Positions 17,796-27,929 of a DNA stretch of 64,000 nt are shown piece by piece; position 1 is the first letter of the stretch; the number at the start of each line of letters is the position of its first letter. This stretch comes from a virus: positions 1 to 64,000 of the IMG/VR virus record IMGVR_UViG_3300047558_000238; one strand, 5' to 3'. The position numbers were made by a program, and so were the translations under genes. The notes under the pieces were generated by a model, which worked only from the letters and a program-made list of their open reading frames with translations, was not told the DNA's origin and made no database searches.

Positions 17796-20700
17796 TGAAG
17801 AGTTTATGATGGAAGAAGTTTGGGGCGAAAATATCGGTACACCTACAGAAGTCACCGATGAAGATATGCTTATGCCAATCGAGGACATTCTCGATGAGGT
17901 AGATGACTTATATGAGGACTCATGGGCTCCAGACGAGGAGACATGTAAGAATCTAGAAGATCTGGCAGAGTGCACTGATGAGGAGTTTGCACTACTTGCA
18001 GCCGGTGGCCTTGACCGCAACCGTGGCAATGCTGAGCAGCTCAGACAGTACTGGACCAGAGGAGAAGGCGCTCTTAAGATTCGTTGGGGAACTCCTGGCG
18101 ACTGGACCCGTTGCGTTCGTCAGCTTTCGAAGTACATGGGCCCTCGTGCAAAGGGATACTGCCAGCTTCGTCACAAGGAAGCTACCGGTCTTTACACTGG
18201 AAGCAAATTCAATCCTGGAAATAGAGACTCTCTAACTTCGTCACTGTTTGCGTCTGAAGACGAGATGGTGGATAAACTCATTACGAAGAGCGCCCTTACC
18301 GCTAGAGCTAACGATGCTAAGGCTAAGTTTGGTCTAGTTGCCGCTGCTCCACTGGCAGCTGAAGGCGCTAAGTTCCGTATTCCTCTCCTAATCCCGGAGC
18401 AGCTAGAGTCTGGCGATGGTCGTAGCTTTAAGAGAGATGCTATCTCTATTCGAGAGCTCCCTCTACCTCTACTATGGCAGATTAAAACTGGTGACGGTCA
18501 CGCTGGCTCAGTTGTAGTTGGTCGAATTGACTATGTAGAGCGTACTGAACAGGGCATCGGAAATGCTTATGGCGTATTTGATACTGGTGTATACGGGCAA
18601 GAAGCCGAGAGATTAGTGCGTAACGGATTCCTCCGTGGAGTTTCTGCTGACCTAGACCAGTTCCAGGCTACTGAAGAGAAGCAGCCAAAGAAGGCTGAAG
18701 CTTCAGATCTAGAAAATGCAGGCGAGATTGGCAAGGATAAGCTTGTAGTAAATAAGGCACGTGTAATGGCTGCTACAATTGTAGCTAAGCCTGCATTTCA
18801 AGAGTGCACTATTTCTATTGAAGAATCTGGGGACCAGGAGGAAACTATGACCCCTAACGACGGTATTTACGAGGAGTCAGTGGACTTCAGCACCGTCGAA
18901 CCGATTACTGCCTCTGGATTCCTTTCAGAAGAGATTCCGGTTACTCCTCCTCAGGAGTGGTTCGAAAACCCTAAGCTAACTAAAGCTACTCCACTTACTA
19001 TTGAGCCAGATGGTCGTATCTATGGCCACATTGCCGCATGGCACGTGAATCACATCGGCATGCCTCGCTCAACTCGTCCTCCACGCTCTAAGAGCAAGTA
19101 TGCTTACTTCCACACTGGCGTTGTTCGTACCGACTCTGGCAAGGACATCCCTGTTGGTCAGCTAACCCTAGCTGGTGGACACGCTGACTTACGTGCAAGT
19201 GCAGCCCAGGCTGCTAAGCACTACGATGACACCGCATCTGCTATTGCTGATGTTCACGCTGGTGAAGACGAGTATGGAATCTGGGTAGCAGGCTCACTAA
19301 GACCAACCGCTACCGAAATGCAGATTCGCGCTCTTCGTGCTTCCGCTCCTTCAGGTGACTGGCGTCCAATCAACGGCTCGCTTGAGCTGGTTGCAGTGTG
19401 CCAGGTAAATGTTCCAGGATTCCCGATTGCCCGTGCTCTTGTTGCTTCTGGCAAGGTTATGTCTCTGGTTGCAGCTGGAGCTAGCTTCCTAGCCATGATG
19501 AAGAGCGATGCTGTAACCCACTTTGCTGTTAAGGCTCAGGAGCTTGGCGAACTAGCTACATCTACTCCAGACTTGAAGGACCGCGTAAAGGCCAAGAAGG
19601 CTAACATGCGTAAGTTTGCTATCGAATCTGCAGCTACCAAGGTAGAAGACATGCGTCATCGTGCTCTTGTTGCATCTGCAGTTGCTGAGCTTGCAAAGTT
19701 CTCGGATGAAGAACGCGCTAAGCTCGCTGAGACTGGCGAAGCTCTTCCAGATGGCTCATACCCAATCCGCAACGAGCAGGATCTAAAGAATGCAATTCAC
19801 GCATACGGAAGATCTACTCCTAAGGACCGTGCAAAGGTTCGCACTCACATTCGTAAGCGTGCTAAGGCTTTGGGTCTTGCAGCACTTGTTCCTGAAGAGT
19901 GGAAGGCTGCAGCCTCTATCGAAGCTGCTACCTCTGTAGCTCAGATGCGTGCTTCTATTACTGCTGCGCTAATTGCTTCTGCATCAGCATCAGCAGAGCC
20001 TGCTGAAATGGTTCTCCTAGATACAGTGGAGCTATCAAGCGATGACTATTTGTCTACAATCATCGAGAACAACGCTCAGGACTCTGACCCAAAAGCATCT
20101 AGCTACCCAGCTGTAACTGCTGCACTACCTGCAGAAAGCGAGTTCGCTGAGGTAGCTAAAGATCAGATCTCTGATGTAGAGCTAGAGAAGCTTCGTAAGG
20201 CAAAAGAAGAAGCCGATAAGCAGACTGAAGATCAGATTAAACTAGCAGAAGACATTAAAGCTGGTAAAACTACAGTTCAAGACTTGTACGACGAAAAAGG
20301 TCGTCAGAAGTATGTATCTGGAGTGAACCAGCCTCGTGATGCTAAGGGTAAGTACCGTAAGGTTCTAGCCAGACTTAAGCAAGACCTAGGTGTTGCTGGT
20401 CTTCAGAAGGCTCTAAAGAAGGTAGAAGACGCTGAGAACATGGATTTTGCGGGTAACTATGCAGAATCTGCTAAGGCCAGCGAAGAACTTCTTGGAATGA
20501 TTGACCGTCTAGATGCTAAGGCACTTAACCCTAAGGCGCTAGAGAATGTTAAAGCTACTGCAGCTGAACTAGGCAAGGTAATCTCAAACCTACCTTTGCC
20601 TTTCGGTGAAGATGCAGAAAAAGTTAGATTTAGCGATCTACCAGCGGGACTCAAGGATCTCATCGACTCGATGATTACTAGAGTCGAAGCAAAGATCGGT

Positions 20701-20817
20701 AAAAAGGATGCAGATGTTGCCACTCAAAATCTGCGTTCATTTATGTCTGGAGCAGACGTTTATTCTCAGGGCGAAGTTCAATCTGAGATGAGCAAATTGC
20801 TCCGACTCCTTACCTAA
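17788..20817 (+). CDS. Capsid maturation protease, multi-domain
   Basis: LPLLWQ..GHAGSVVVGRI..GVSAD..ATIVAKPAF core; GHIAAW..SGDWR..VNVPGFP second domain; directly upstream of the capsid gene. Confidence 0.8.
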   Translation: MANEEFMMEEVWGENIGTPTEVTDEDMLMPIEDILDEVDDLYEDSWAPDEETCKNLEDLAECTDEEFALLAAGGLDRNRGNAEQLRQYWTRGEGALKIRWGTPGDWTRCVRQLSKYMGPRAKGYCQLRHKEATGLYTGSKFNPGNRDSLTSSLFASEDEMVDKLITKSALTARANDAKAKFGLVAAAPLAAEGAKFRIPLLIPEQLESGDGRSFKRDAISIRELPLPLLWQIKTGDGHAGSVVVGRIDYVERTEQGIGNAYGVFDTGVYGQEAERLVRNGFLRGVSADLDQFQATEEKQPKKAEASDLENAGEIGKDKLVVNKARVMAATIVAKPAFQECTISIEESGDQEETMTPNDGIYEESVDFSTVEPITASGFLSEEIPVTPPQEWFENPKLTKATPLTIEPDGRIYGHIAAWHVNHIGMPRSTRPPRSKSKYAYFHTGVVRTDSGKDIPVGQLTLAGGHADLRASAAQAAKHYDDTASAIADVHAGEDEYGIWVAGSLRPTATEMQIRALRASAPSGDWRPINGSLELVAVCQVNVPGFPIARALVASGKVMSLVAAGASFLAMMKSDAVTHFAVKAQELGELATSTPDLKDRVKAKKANMRKFAIESAATKVEDMRHRALVASAVAELAKFSDEERAKLAETGEALPDGSYPIRNEQDLKNAIHAYGRSTPKDRAKVRTHIRKRAKALGLAALVPEEWKAAASIEAATSVAQMRASITAALIASASASAEPAEMVLLDTVELSSDDYLSTIIENNAQDSDPKASSYPAVTAALPAESEFAEVAKDQISDVELEKLRKAKEEADKQTEDQIKLAEDIKAGKTTVQDLYDEKGRQKYVSGVNQPRDAKGKYRKVLARLKQDLGVAGLQKALKKVEDAENMDFAGNYAESAKASEELLGMIDRLDAKALNPKALENVKATAAELGKVISNLPLPFGEDAEKVRFSDLPAGLKDLIDSMITRVEAKIGKKDADVATQNLRSFMSGADVYSQGEVQSEMSKLLRLLT
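20088..20158 (+). promoter_or_regulatory. Second candidate -1 frameshift signal (CCCAAAA plus hairpin), truncating
   Basis: In-frame C CCA AAA, 5-nt spacer, TAGCTACCCAGC / GCTG-A-GGTAGCTA stem; -1 frame stops at TAG 20100. Confidence 0.55.
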
Positions 20818-20935
20818 AAAGTAAGGTAAAATTAGTGGTGGGTAGAGCGCCTCTTGCTTTTTGCACAGAGTCCCTCCACCTTGACTGTAAATCGGGTACA
20901 ACCAGTACCCAATAATAACTGGCCAAGGAGGTACA

Positions 20936-22997
20936 GTGTACGACCAGATCAAGACTCAGCTTGACACTATCACTGAACTTAGCGACGAACAGGTCGCTGA
21001 GCTACAGGCAGATATTGTCAGCCAGTTTGAAATGGTTGAGGGTGAAGACCCAACTCCTGAGACAGTTGATGCTATGACGTCGCTAGCCGACTCTCTTGAC
21101 ATCGTACGTGGCGAGCTTTCTCGTCGCGAAGCAGCTGCTGCAGAACTTGCAGCTAAGGCTGCAGAGGCTGTTGCCCGTGTCAAGGGCGAAGCAGCTGACG
21201 CTGGAGAGGAAATGGCTATGACCGAAGACATGCCGATGGAAGAGGAGACTCCTGTAGAGGAAGCTCCAGCAGCTGAAGAGGAAACTCCAGAAGTTGCTCC
21301 AGAGGAAGAGGTCGAGGTAGAGGCAGAAGAGGAAAAGGAAGAGGAGAAGGAGCCTGTAAAGGCTTCTGGCGAATCTGAAGTTCCTGCTGAAGCAACTGCT
21401 GAAGAGGTCGCTACCGAGACTGTGGCTGACGCCCCAGTTGAGGCTGAGGCCGCTGCTGAAGAAGCAGCCGTCGAGGTTACTGAAGAAGTTACAGAGCTTG
21501 CTGCTGATGCAGTAGAGACTACTGAACTTGCTTCAGAGGCTATTACCGAAGCATCAACCGATCAGGTAGATGGATCTGAACTATCAACCGAAACCACCGT
21601 AGAAGAGACCGAAGAACTAGCAACCGAGGTTGCTGAAGGTTCAGAGGCTTCTGCAGAAGAAATCAACGAAACATCAATTGCTCTTGAAGAGCAGGAAGGG
21701 CAGGCATCCGTGACCGCCGCAGCAGAACAGCCATTCGAGGCTCCAGCTGACCGCCAGCCTGTAGTTCAGGTTAACGAAGCACCAGTAGCAATTACTGCTG
21801 GAGCAGACATCCCTGGTTACACCGCTGGTAGCACAATTAACGACATGTACGAAGTAGCTCAGGCTATGGAGAAGCGTATCCACTCGCTTCGCCGTGTCAA
21901 TGGTGGAGATGGAGAGCAGCACATTGTTGCATCTGTAACCACTTCATTCCCAGAAGAGCGCACTCTAACCACAGACGCGCTGTCAAACGCAGCTAAGATC
22001 GAGGCTGTTGTTGGCCAGGACGCACTTGTTGCTTCTGGTGGACACGCTGCTCCATTCGAAGTTAAGTACGACATCTTCGCACAGGGTTCAACCACTGTTC
22101 GCCCAATCCGCGATGCACTGCCTCGCTTCCAGGCTGACCGTGGCGGTATCCGCTTCGTAACCCCACCTTCATTCGCTTCAGGTGACTACGCTAACGCTGT
22201 AGGTCTTTGGACCGCTGCTGTTGACGCAGACCCACAGGGTGCAACCAAGACCAGCTTGACTGTCTCGGCTGCTTCTGAGAACACCGTTTCAACTGACGCT
22301 GTAACCCTACAGCTACAGTTCGGTAACCTCATGACCCGTGCTTACCCAGAGCTAATTGCTCGTCACAACGAGCTTGCTCTTGTACAGCACGCTCGTGAAG
22401 CAGAGCAGAACCTTCTTTCGAAGATTGGTGCTGGTTCGACCGCTGTTACCACCTCATCGCTAATCGGTTTCGGCCGTGACTTCCTTGTACAGGTTCGTCG
22501 CGCTGCAACTGCTTACCGTTCACGTCACCGTATCTCGCCAGACGCTCGCCTGAAGGTAATCATCCCTGCATGGATCTACGACGCAATGGCAGCTGACCTT
22601 GCTCTTGCAATGCCAGGTGACGGTACTCTAGCAGTTTCGAAGGCTGAAATCGAGGGCTACCTAGCTACACTAAACGTGGACCTAGTTACCTCGCTAGACG
22701 CTAACGTATTCGGTGCACAGGGTGCTGGTGCTCTTGTAGAGTTCCCAGACTCATTCACCTGGTACCTATTCGCTGAGGGAACCTTCTTGTTCCTTGACGG
22801 CGGAAACCTAGACCTAGGTATCATCCGTGACTCGTCACTTGTTGGAACCAACGACTACAAGATGTTCGTTGAGACCTTCGAGAACGTTGCCAAGGTTGGT
22901 ATCTCTAGCAATCACCTCGACCATCTCGGTCAACGGTGTTGCTGCTGCTCTACGCGACACCACTGGTGGCGCAGCTGCAGCTGCTATCGAGCTCTAA
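20936..22997 (+). CDS. Major capsid protein with acidic scaffold-like N-terminus; apparent indel near 22901
   Basis: SD AAGGAGG + GTG; Glu-rich N-terminus; FLDGGNLDLGIIRDS..NDYKMFVETFE. Natural-looking C-terminus continues in the +1 frame to TAA 22997 (track frame ends 23005). Confidence 0.85.
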
Positions 22998-23015
22998 GCC
23001 GATAGAAACTCGTGA

Positions 23016-23041
23016 GGGGGAGGTCAGCAATGGCCTCCCCC
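23016..23041 (+). terminator. GC-rich hairpin after the capsid gene
   Basis: GGGGGAGGTCA-GCAA-TGGCCTCCCCC; no U tract. Confidence 0.6.
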
Positions 23042-23087
23042 AATACGAGATAAAATCAGATTTTCAACTTAGGTAAGGAACCTACAA

Positions 23088-23963
23088 ATGGCTTTCACAA
23101 AGACTGGCGTTGTATCAGCGCCTACGATTGTGCCTTCTGCATTCGGCCTTCTTGCCGTAGTCAAGCCTCAAAATGGTCCATCAGAGGACCAGTGGGTCCG
23201 TGGATTCTCGCAAGAGTGGGAAACAGAACTTTACTCAGCCACCAACTACGATGACACCAACAACACTTCTGCTACTGTTGTAACCGCTGGTGTGCCTAAC
23301 TACTTCACTGAGATTAAGCCTTGGTTCATCGAGGCAGAAGAACTTCGCTCTACCCTAGGCTTTACTGGTCTAGATCGTATTGAGCGCTTGAAGCGCCAGC
23401 TCGAAGGCGTAACTCAGCATGCTATGGAACTTGAGCTTTGGGATGGAGAAGTTCGCATTGCAGAGGGCCACGACAACCGAGCACTAATCTCCACTGGAGT
23501 CACCATTCTAAATGCTGGCGCAGCTCTATCGCCTCGCCGTGCCCTCGCGCTTCTGGAGCACCAGATTGGTCTAGCATCTGATGGTGGCGAACAGGGCATC
23601 ATCCACATGACTCGTGATGTTGCAGCTCTTCTTGCTAGCAACTCAAACATGCTATTCCACGAAGCTGGCAAGGAGCACCTACAGACTCTAGGTGGTACTC
23701 CAGTTATCGTTGGTTCCGGTTACACTGGAAATGGCCCTGTAGGAGATGCAAACCGCGTAGCTACAGACACCAACAAATGGATTTACGCCACCGGCACTGT
23801 GCGCACTTTTGTGGGCGAGGTCGATGTCGTGAATGACAATCTAAGCCAGGCTTACGATGTGTCAGGTAATGCGAATGACATGCGTCTCAAAGCAATCCGC
23901 CCGGCTGCGGCTTACTTTGATACTTCAATCCACCTCGCTGTTCGAGTCGATCTAACAGCCTAA
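23088..23963 (+). CDS. Second capsid protein (pentamer/minor capsid type)
   Basis: Lies between the capsid and tail tube genes; GTPVIVGSGY..WIYATG motif. Confidence 0.6.
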   Translation: MAFTKTGVVSAPTIVPSAFGLLAVVKPQNGPSEDQWVRGFSQEWETELYSATNYDDTNNTSATVVTAGVPNYFTEIKPWFIEAEELRSTLGFTGLDRIERLKRQLEGVTQHAMELELWDGEVRIAEGHDNRALISTGVTILNAGAALSPRRALALLEHQIGLASDGGEQGIIHMTRDVAALLASNSNMLFHEAGKEHLQTLGGTPVIVGSGYTGNGPVGDANRVATDTNKWIYATGTVRTFVGEVDVVNDNLSQAYDVSGNANDMRLKAIRPAAAYFDTSIHLAVRVDLTA

Positions 23964-23981
23964 ACCAAGGAGAATAGCTAA

Positions 23982-25091
23982 ATGGCTACTCAAGAATATG
24001 CAGCTAGCATCCAGGGTGTGTCAATTCGTGTCACCCGCCTGGACGCTACTGGAAACTTGATGGCAGGCCCTGGTGACTCGTACACCACATCTGCTTTCAT
24101 GAGAATCTCATTTACCCCTGAGTACGAAGAGGGCGACGAGATCACCGAGAAGGGTGCTAACGGCGTTGTCTGCGTGACCTACAAGGCCCCAGACACCCTA
24201 AAGCGTATCACCATGGAGCTCGCTATCTGTGAGCCAGACCCTGAGCTTTCTGCTCTTCTTTCTGGTGGTCTTCTTCTTCGTAAGAACCTAGGAACTGCTG
24301 GCCAGCCAGACCACAAGTCTGTTGGTTGGGCTGCCCCTGGTGTTGGCGATGACCCTGCTGGCAACGGTGTTGCCATTGAAGCTTGGTCACACGCTGTGAA
24401 GGATGGAAAGCGTGCAGGCGTTCTTCCTTACTTCCACTGGGTATTCCCATACGCTAAGTTCCGTCAGTCTGGCGACCGCGTTATCGAGAACGGCCTTATG
24501 GCTAACACCTTCGAAGGCTTTGGTCTTGGAAATGTTAACTTCCAGTCAGGTATCGATGGCCGCTGGGAGTTCCCACAGGCTGCAGAGCGTCCATATGCAT
24601 ATGCACGCACCAACTGGGCTCCAACTGGTCTAAACGGTTTCTACACCTGGACCGACGGTTCTGGCCCTGTTTACTTCACCTCAGCAACTGCTACTGACCC
24701 AAGCACCATTACTTTGGTTAGCGCAGCTTCTACTGGTGCAAGCTCATCGAACACCTCTGTTCTTACATTCAGTGCTGACCCTGGCATTGTTGCTGGAGAC
24801 CAGATTGTTGTTAGCAACGTAGGTACTGGATTCAACGGAACTCGCACCGTAACAGTTGCTAGCGGAACTACAGTTCAGTTCGTCAACACTGCAGCTACAG
24901 CAGACATCGCTGAGTTCAACGTTGGCAAGAGCGCTAAGGTAACTGTTGCTAACAGTGCAACCGAGACCTTCCCTGCTCCAACTCCTGTAACTTCACTTGC
25001 TACCACTGGAACTACCTACAACGTTCCTGGTAACACTGGCTACAACGCTGATGTTGCAATCGACAACGTAATCGTTTCGAACGAGCAGTAA
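23982..25091 (+). CDS. Major tail (tube) protein with C-terminal beta-rich extension
   Basis: IRVTRLD..G, YEEGDEITEK.ANG..C, YFHWVFP; strong SD. Confidence 0.8.
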   Translation: MATQEYAASIQGVSIRVTRLDATGNLMAGPGDSYTTSAFMRISFTPEYEEGDEITEKGANGVVCVTYKAPDTLKRITMELAICEPDPELSALLSGGLLLRKNLGTAGQPDHKSVGWAAPGVGDDPAGNGVAIEAWSHAVKDGKRAGVLPYFHWVFPYAKFRQSGDRVIENGLMANTFEGFGLGNVNFQSGIDGRWEFPQAAERPYAYARTNWAPTGLNGFYTWTDGSGPVYFTSATATDPSTITLVSAASTGASSSNTSVLTFSADPGIVAGDQIVVSNVGTGFNGTRTVTVASGTTVQFVNTAATADIAEFNVGKSAKVTVANSATETFPAPTPVTSLATTGTTYNVPGNTGYNADVAIDNVIVSNEQ

Positions 25092-25102
25092 TACCTAAAA
25101 AA

Positions 25103-25148
25103 TAACGGGTGGCGATCTGGGCAAACTAGCTTAGGTTGCCACCCGTTA
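25103..25148 (+). terminator. Long hairpin after the major tail gene
   Basis: TAACGGGTGGCGATCTGGGC / GCTTAGGTTGCCACCCGTTA. Confidence 0.7.
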
Positions 25149-25170
25149 AAATTATCTAAGAGGTTTAAAT

Positions 25171-26283
25171 ATGACTAACAACTTATGGATTCAACCAGAA
25201 GAGATGGGCGACTACGCGTACACGGAGTTTACGCTCGAGGCCGCTCAAGTTGCGTCGTACCTGCTATGGGCTATGTCTGGTAGAAAATATACTGGACTAA
25301 CTACCGTTACTGAACGCTACACATGCGTACTGAGAAATAACCGAATGGGGCCTTCTACTAAGACGACTAGTCCGGTCCTATTTGGTGGAGATGTTTACAA
25401 CATCCCTTCTGGCGACTATGACGAGTACTCGGAGTTAACTTCTGACGGTATGTCCCCTGATGCTCGCATCAGACTCCGTGGTCGTCCTGTAACTAAGATC
25501 CACGCCATCAGAAATAAGACTGGCCAAATTATTGACCCTGCTAACTACTATTTAGTTGACCACTCTACGATTCATATCAAGGCCGGGACCCCGTGGACTC
25601 CTTGTAATACTGAAATAACTTACTCCTACGGCACTCCAGTACCTATGGCTGGAAAGATGGCTGCTAGAAAGCTAGCAATCGAATTTTGCCGACTATGGAA
25701 CGGCGATGAGTCCTGTGAGCTACCTCAGCGTGTTACTTCTGTATCACGTCAGGGCGTTTCTTATACCATTCTTGATAACCAAGAATTTATCGATGAGCTC
25801 CGCACGGGCCTCTACGAGATTGACCTATTTCTAAAGGTAGTGAACCCAGATAATGCTCGCCGTAAGTCGCGTGTATTTTCTCCAGATCAGCCACGCGCTC
25901 GTAGATACTCGCCTAAGGCTCCAGTACTAACTGCAAATGCTGATTACGATTTGACCTTGGTTAAGGGGGCAGAAGCTACGTGGTCATCTGCTGGTCTTGT
26001 TGCCGTTAACCTAAGTAACTTCTTCCCAGATAGCGGATGGACCCCATCTGTCTCACTACGAAACTACTCCGGGTCTAAATCAGTAGAGCTAGATGCCGCA
26101 AGCATCTCTCTTAATACTGGTGCTGAAACTCTAGAGTTCACTGTTCCGTACGCTAAGGCCAATGCTGCTCTAGGTATGGTCGACCCAGGAACCTGGGCAC
26201 TTTATGCCACTAAGACTATAGATGGCATCCCTAATGTTGTAGAGCTTGCTTCTGGAAACCTCCAGATCAAGATGTATGAATAA
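25171..26283 (+). CDS. Head-to-tail adaptor
   Basis: A..LLWAMSGR.Y, CELPQRVTSVSRQGVS, TGLYEIDLF..VNP; position. Confidence 0.75.
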   Translation: MTNNLWIQPEEMGDYAYTEFTLEAAQVASYLLWAMSGRKYTGLTTVTERYTCVLRNNRMGPSTKTTSPVLFGGDVYNIPSGDYDEYSELTSDGMSPDARIRLRGRPVTKIHAIRNKTGQIIDPANYYLVDHSTIHIKAGTPWTPCNTEITYSYGTPVPMAGKMAARKLAIEFCRLWNGDESCELPQRVTSVSRQGVSYTILDNQEFIDELRTGLYEIDLFLKVVNPDNARRKSRVFSPDQPRARRYSPKAPVLTANADYDLTLVKGAEATWSSAGLVAVNLSNFFPDSGWTPSVSLRNYSGSKSVELDAASISLNTGAETLEFTVPYAKANAALGMVDPGTWALYATKTIDGIPNVVELASGNLQIKMYE

Positions 26284-26297
26284 AGAAAGAAGAAACT

Positions 26298-26495
26298 ATG
26301 TCAATCCAGACTAACTTTCGTGCTGTAGACATGCTAGGAACTGCTAAGCCTGTTTCTGCTGCTAAGCCAGCTGCTAAGAAGGCTGCCCCTAAGGCTGCTC
26401 CTAAGGTAGAGGCTCCAGTAGTAGAGGCTCCAGTAGTTGTTGAAGCAGTTGTCGAAGTTCCAGTAGTAGAGATAGAAGCTCCAGTAGAGGAGTAA
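26298..26495 (+). CDS. Small low-complexity protein
   Basis: AKP/VEAP repeats; in operon. Confidence 0.55.
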   Translation: MSIQTNFRAVDMLGTAKPVSAAKPAAKKAAPKAAPKVEAPVVEAPVVVEAVVEVPVVEIEAPVEE

Positions 26496-26499
26496 TCTT

Positions 26500-27006
26500 A
26501 TGCCTACTCAAATTGATGTCACTGGTGTATCCGAAGGTGCAACCAACCTTCGCGATATGATGCAGGGCGTCCTAGAGCGCGTTGAGTCCATATTCCAGTC
26601 ATATAACGTAAATCTGCCTGAACGGCGATACTGGATTATGGGCCAACCCGCTATTGACTGCGAACAGCTTGTAGTATCTTTTGTTCAAATGTATTTAGGT
26701 GCGCCCGGAGCTCAGGTAGCTGAACCTCAGCGTTGTCACGTGCCTAGAAGCGCCACGCTAAATATTATGATCTCTAGAGCTACCCCGATTGTAAACCAGA
26801 ACGGTAGACCGCCTGCTGCGGATAAGATTCAGAGTTCCTCAGAGACTATCGCGATTGACTCATGGGTACTGATGGAGTCCGTCAACCTACTGGACCAGTG
26901 GGACGAGAGCGGTTATGGTGTAGGTGTTGTAGCTACGTTAGAGACGGCTGGCCCCGAGGGCGGATTCCAGACAACAAGCCTAACTATTACGATGGCGGTA
27001 CCATAA
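26500..27006 (+). CDS. Tail completion/terminator-like protein
   Basis: Position; DCEQL.V and GPEGG motifs. Confidence 0.55.
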   Translation: MPTQIDVTGVSEGATNLRDMMQGVLERVESIFQSYNVNLPERRYWIMGQPAIDCEQLVVSFVQMYLGAPGAQVAEPQRCHVPRSATLNIMISRATPIVNQNGRPPAADKIQSSSETIAIDSWVLMESVNLLDQWDESGYGVGVVATLETAGPEGGFQTTSLTITMAVP

Positions 27007-27007
27007 A

Positions 27008-27535
27008 ATGCCAGCCTGGGGATTAGTACCTGACAGCCCTTGGATCTACGCTGCTCAAAAGCTTGCGCATAAAAGTGCCGTTAGGTACACCCCTCACAAA
27101 TCTGGTTGGGGCAGCAGCCTTTCTGTTGGGTTCAGATTTAATAGCTCTAAAGTCATAATTTATAAGTCGGTTCTTAACTTTGAAACTCATGCCGCTGAAG
27201 GTATGGTCGGTAAGCACCTAAATAAAATAGGTAACCGCATCGTTCGCGGGGCAAAGCGTCAAGTTGGTGTTCAGACCGGATATCTTCGTAAAAGTATCCA
27301 GCTCAGCCATATCACCTTCAGAGAGGGCGCGGCAATCAAAGTCGGCTCTAACGTTAAGTATGCCTACATGCACCATGAGGGTACTAAGCCGCACATCATT
27401 ACACCGAATCCGCCTAATAAGGTTCTTGTTTTTGGTAAGGGCTCGAGAGTAGTCCACGCCCAGGTCGTTAAGCACCCTGGAACTAAGCCAAACCGGTACC
27501 TATCTGACCAACTCAGAATCCACATAAGAGGGTAA
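27008..27535 (+). CDS. HK97 gp10-like neck protein
   Basis: TGYLRKSI, VGSNVKYA..HEGT.PH.I, V.HPGTKPN.YL. Confidence 0.7.
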   Translation: MPAWGLVPDSPWIYAAQKLAHKSAVRYTPHKSGWGSSLSVGFRFNSSKVIIYKSVLNFETHAAEGMVGKHLNKIGNRIVRGAKRQVGVQTGYLRKSIQLSHITFREGAAIKVGSNVKYAYMHHEGTKPHIITPNPPNKVLVFGKGSRVVHAQVVKHPGTKPNRYLSDQLRIHIRG

Positions 27536-27593
27536 AATAGAAGTGCTGCTAAATGGCAGCCTATCAATAAGCGCAGAAAGACATACATAGAAT

Positions 27594-27929
27594 ATGACTA
27601 AATTCAGAGACTTTGGTTCAGGCCCAGACCTAACCAACGTAGAGCCAATCTCGTTCTCTATCCATGGCGAGACATTCGAATGTGTCAAGGCCGTTCAGGG
27701 TAAGGTACTCCTAGAGCTAGTAGCTAAGTCTAAGTCAGATGACCCTAGCGAAGCAGCTTCTACCATTGACAACTTCTTCTCTCAGGTTCTGACCGATGAG
27801 AGTTACGCAAGATTTGATGCACTACTACTAGACAAGAACCGCGTTGTTACTGTAGAAAGCCTTGGTGAGATTTCTGGCTGGCTAGTAGAGCAGTTCAGTG
27901 ACCGCCCGGAAGAGCAGCCAGAGGCTTAG
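27594..27929 (+). CDS. Tail assembly chaperone (G)
   Basis: Two genes before the tape measure; ends with candidate slip site CCCGGAA. Confidence 0.8.
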   Translation: MTKFRDFGSGPDLTNVEPISFSIHGETFECVKAVQGKVLLELVAKSKSDDPSEAASTIDNFFSQVLTDESYARFDALLLDKNRVVTVESLGEISGWLVEQFSDRPEEQPEA

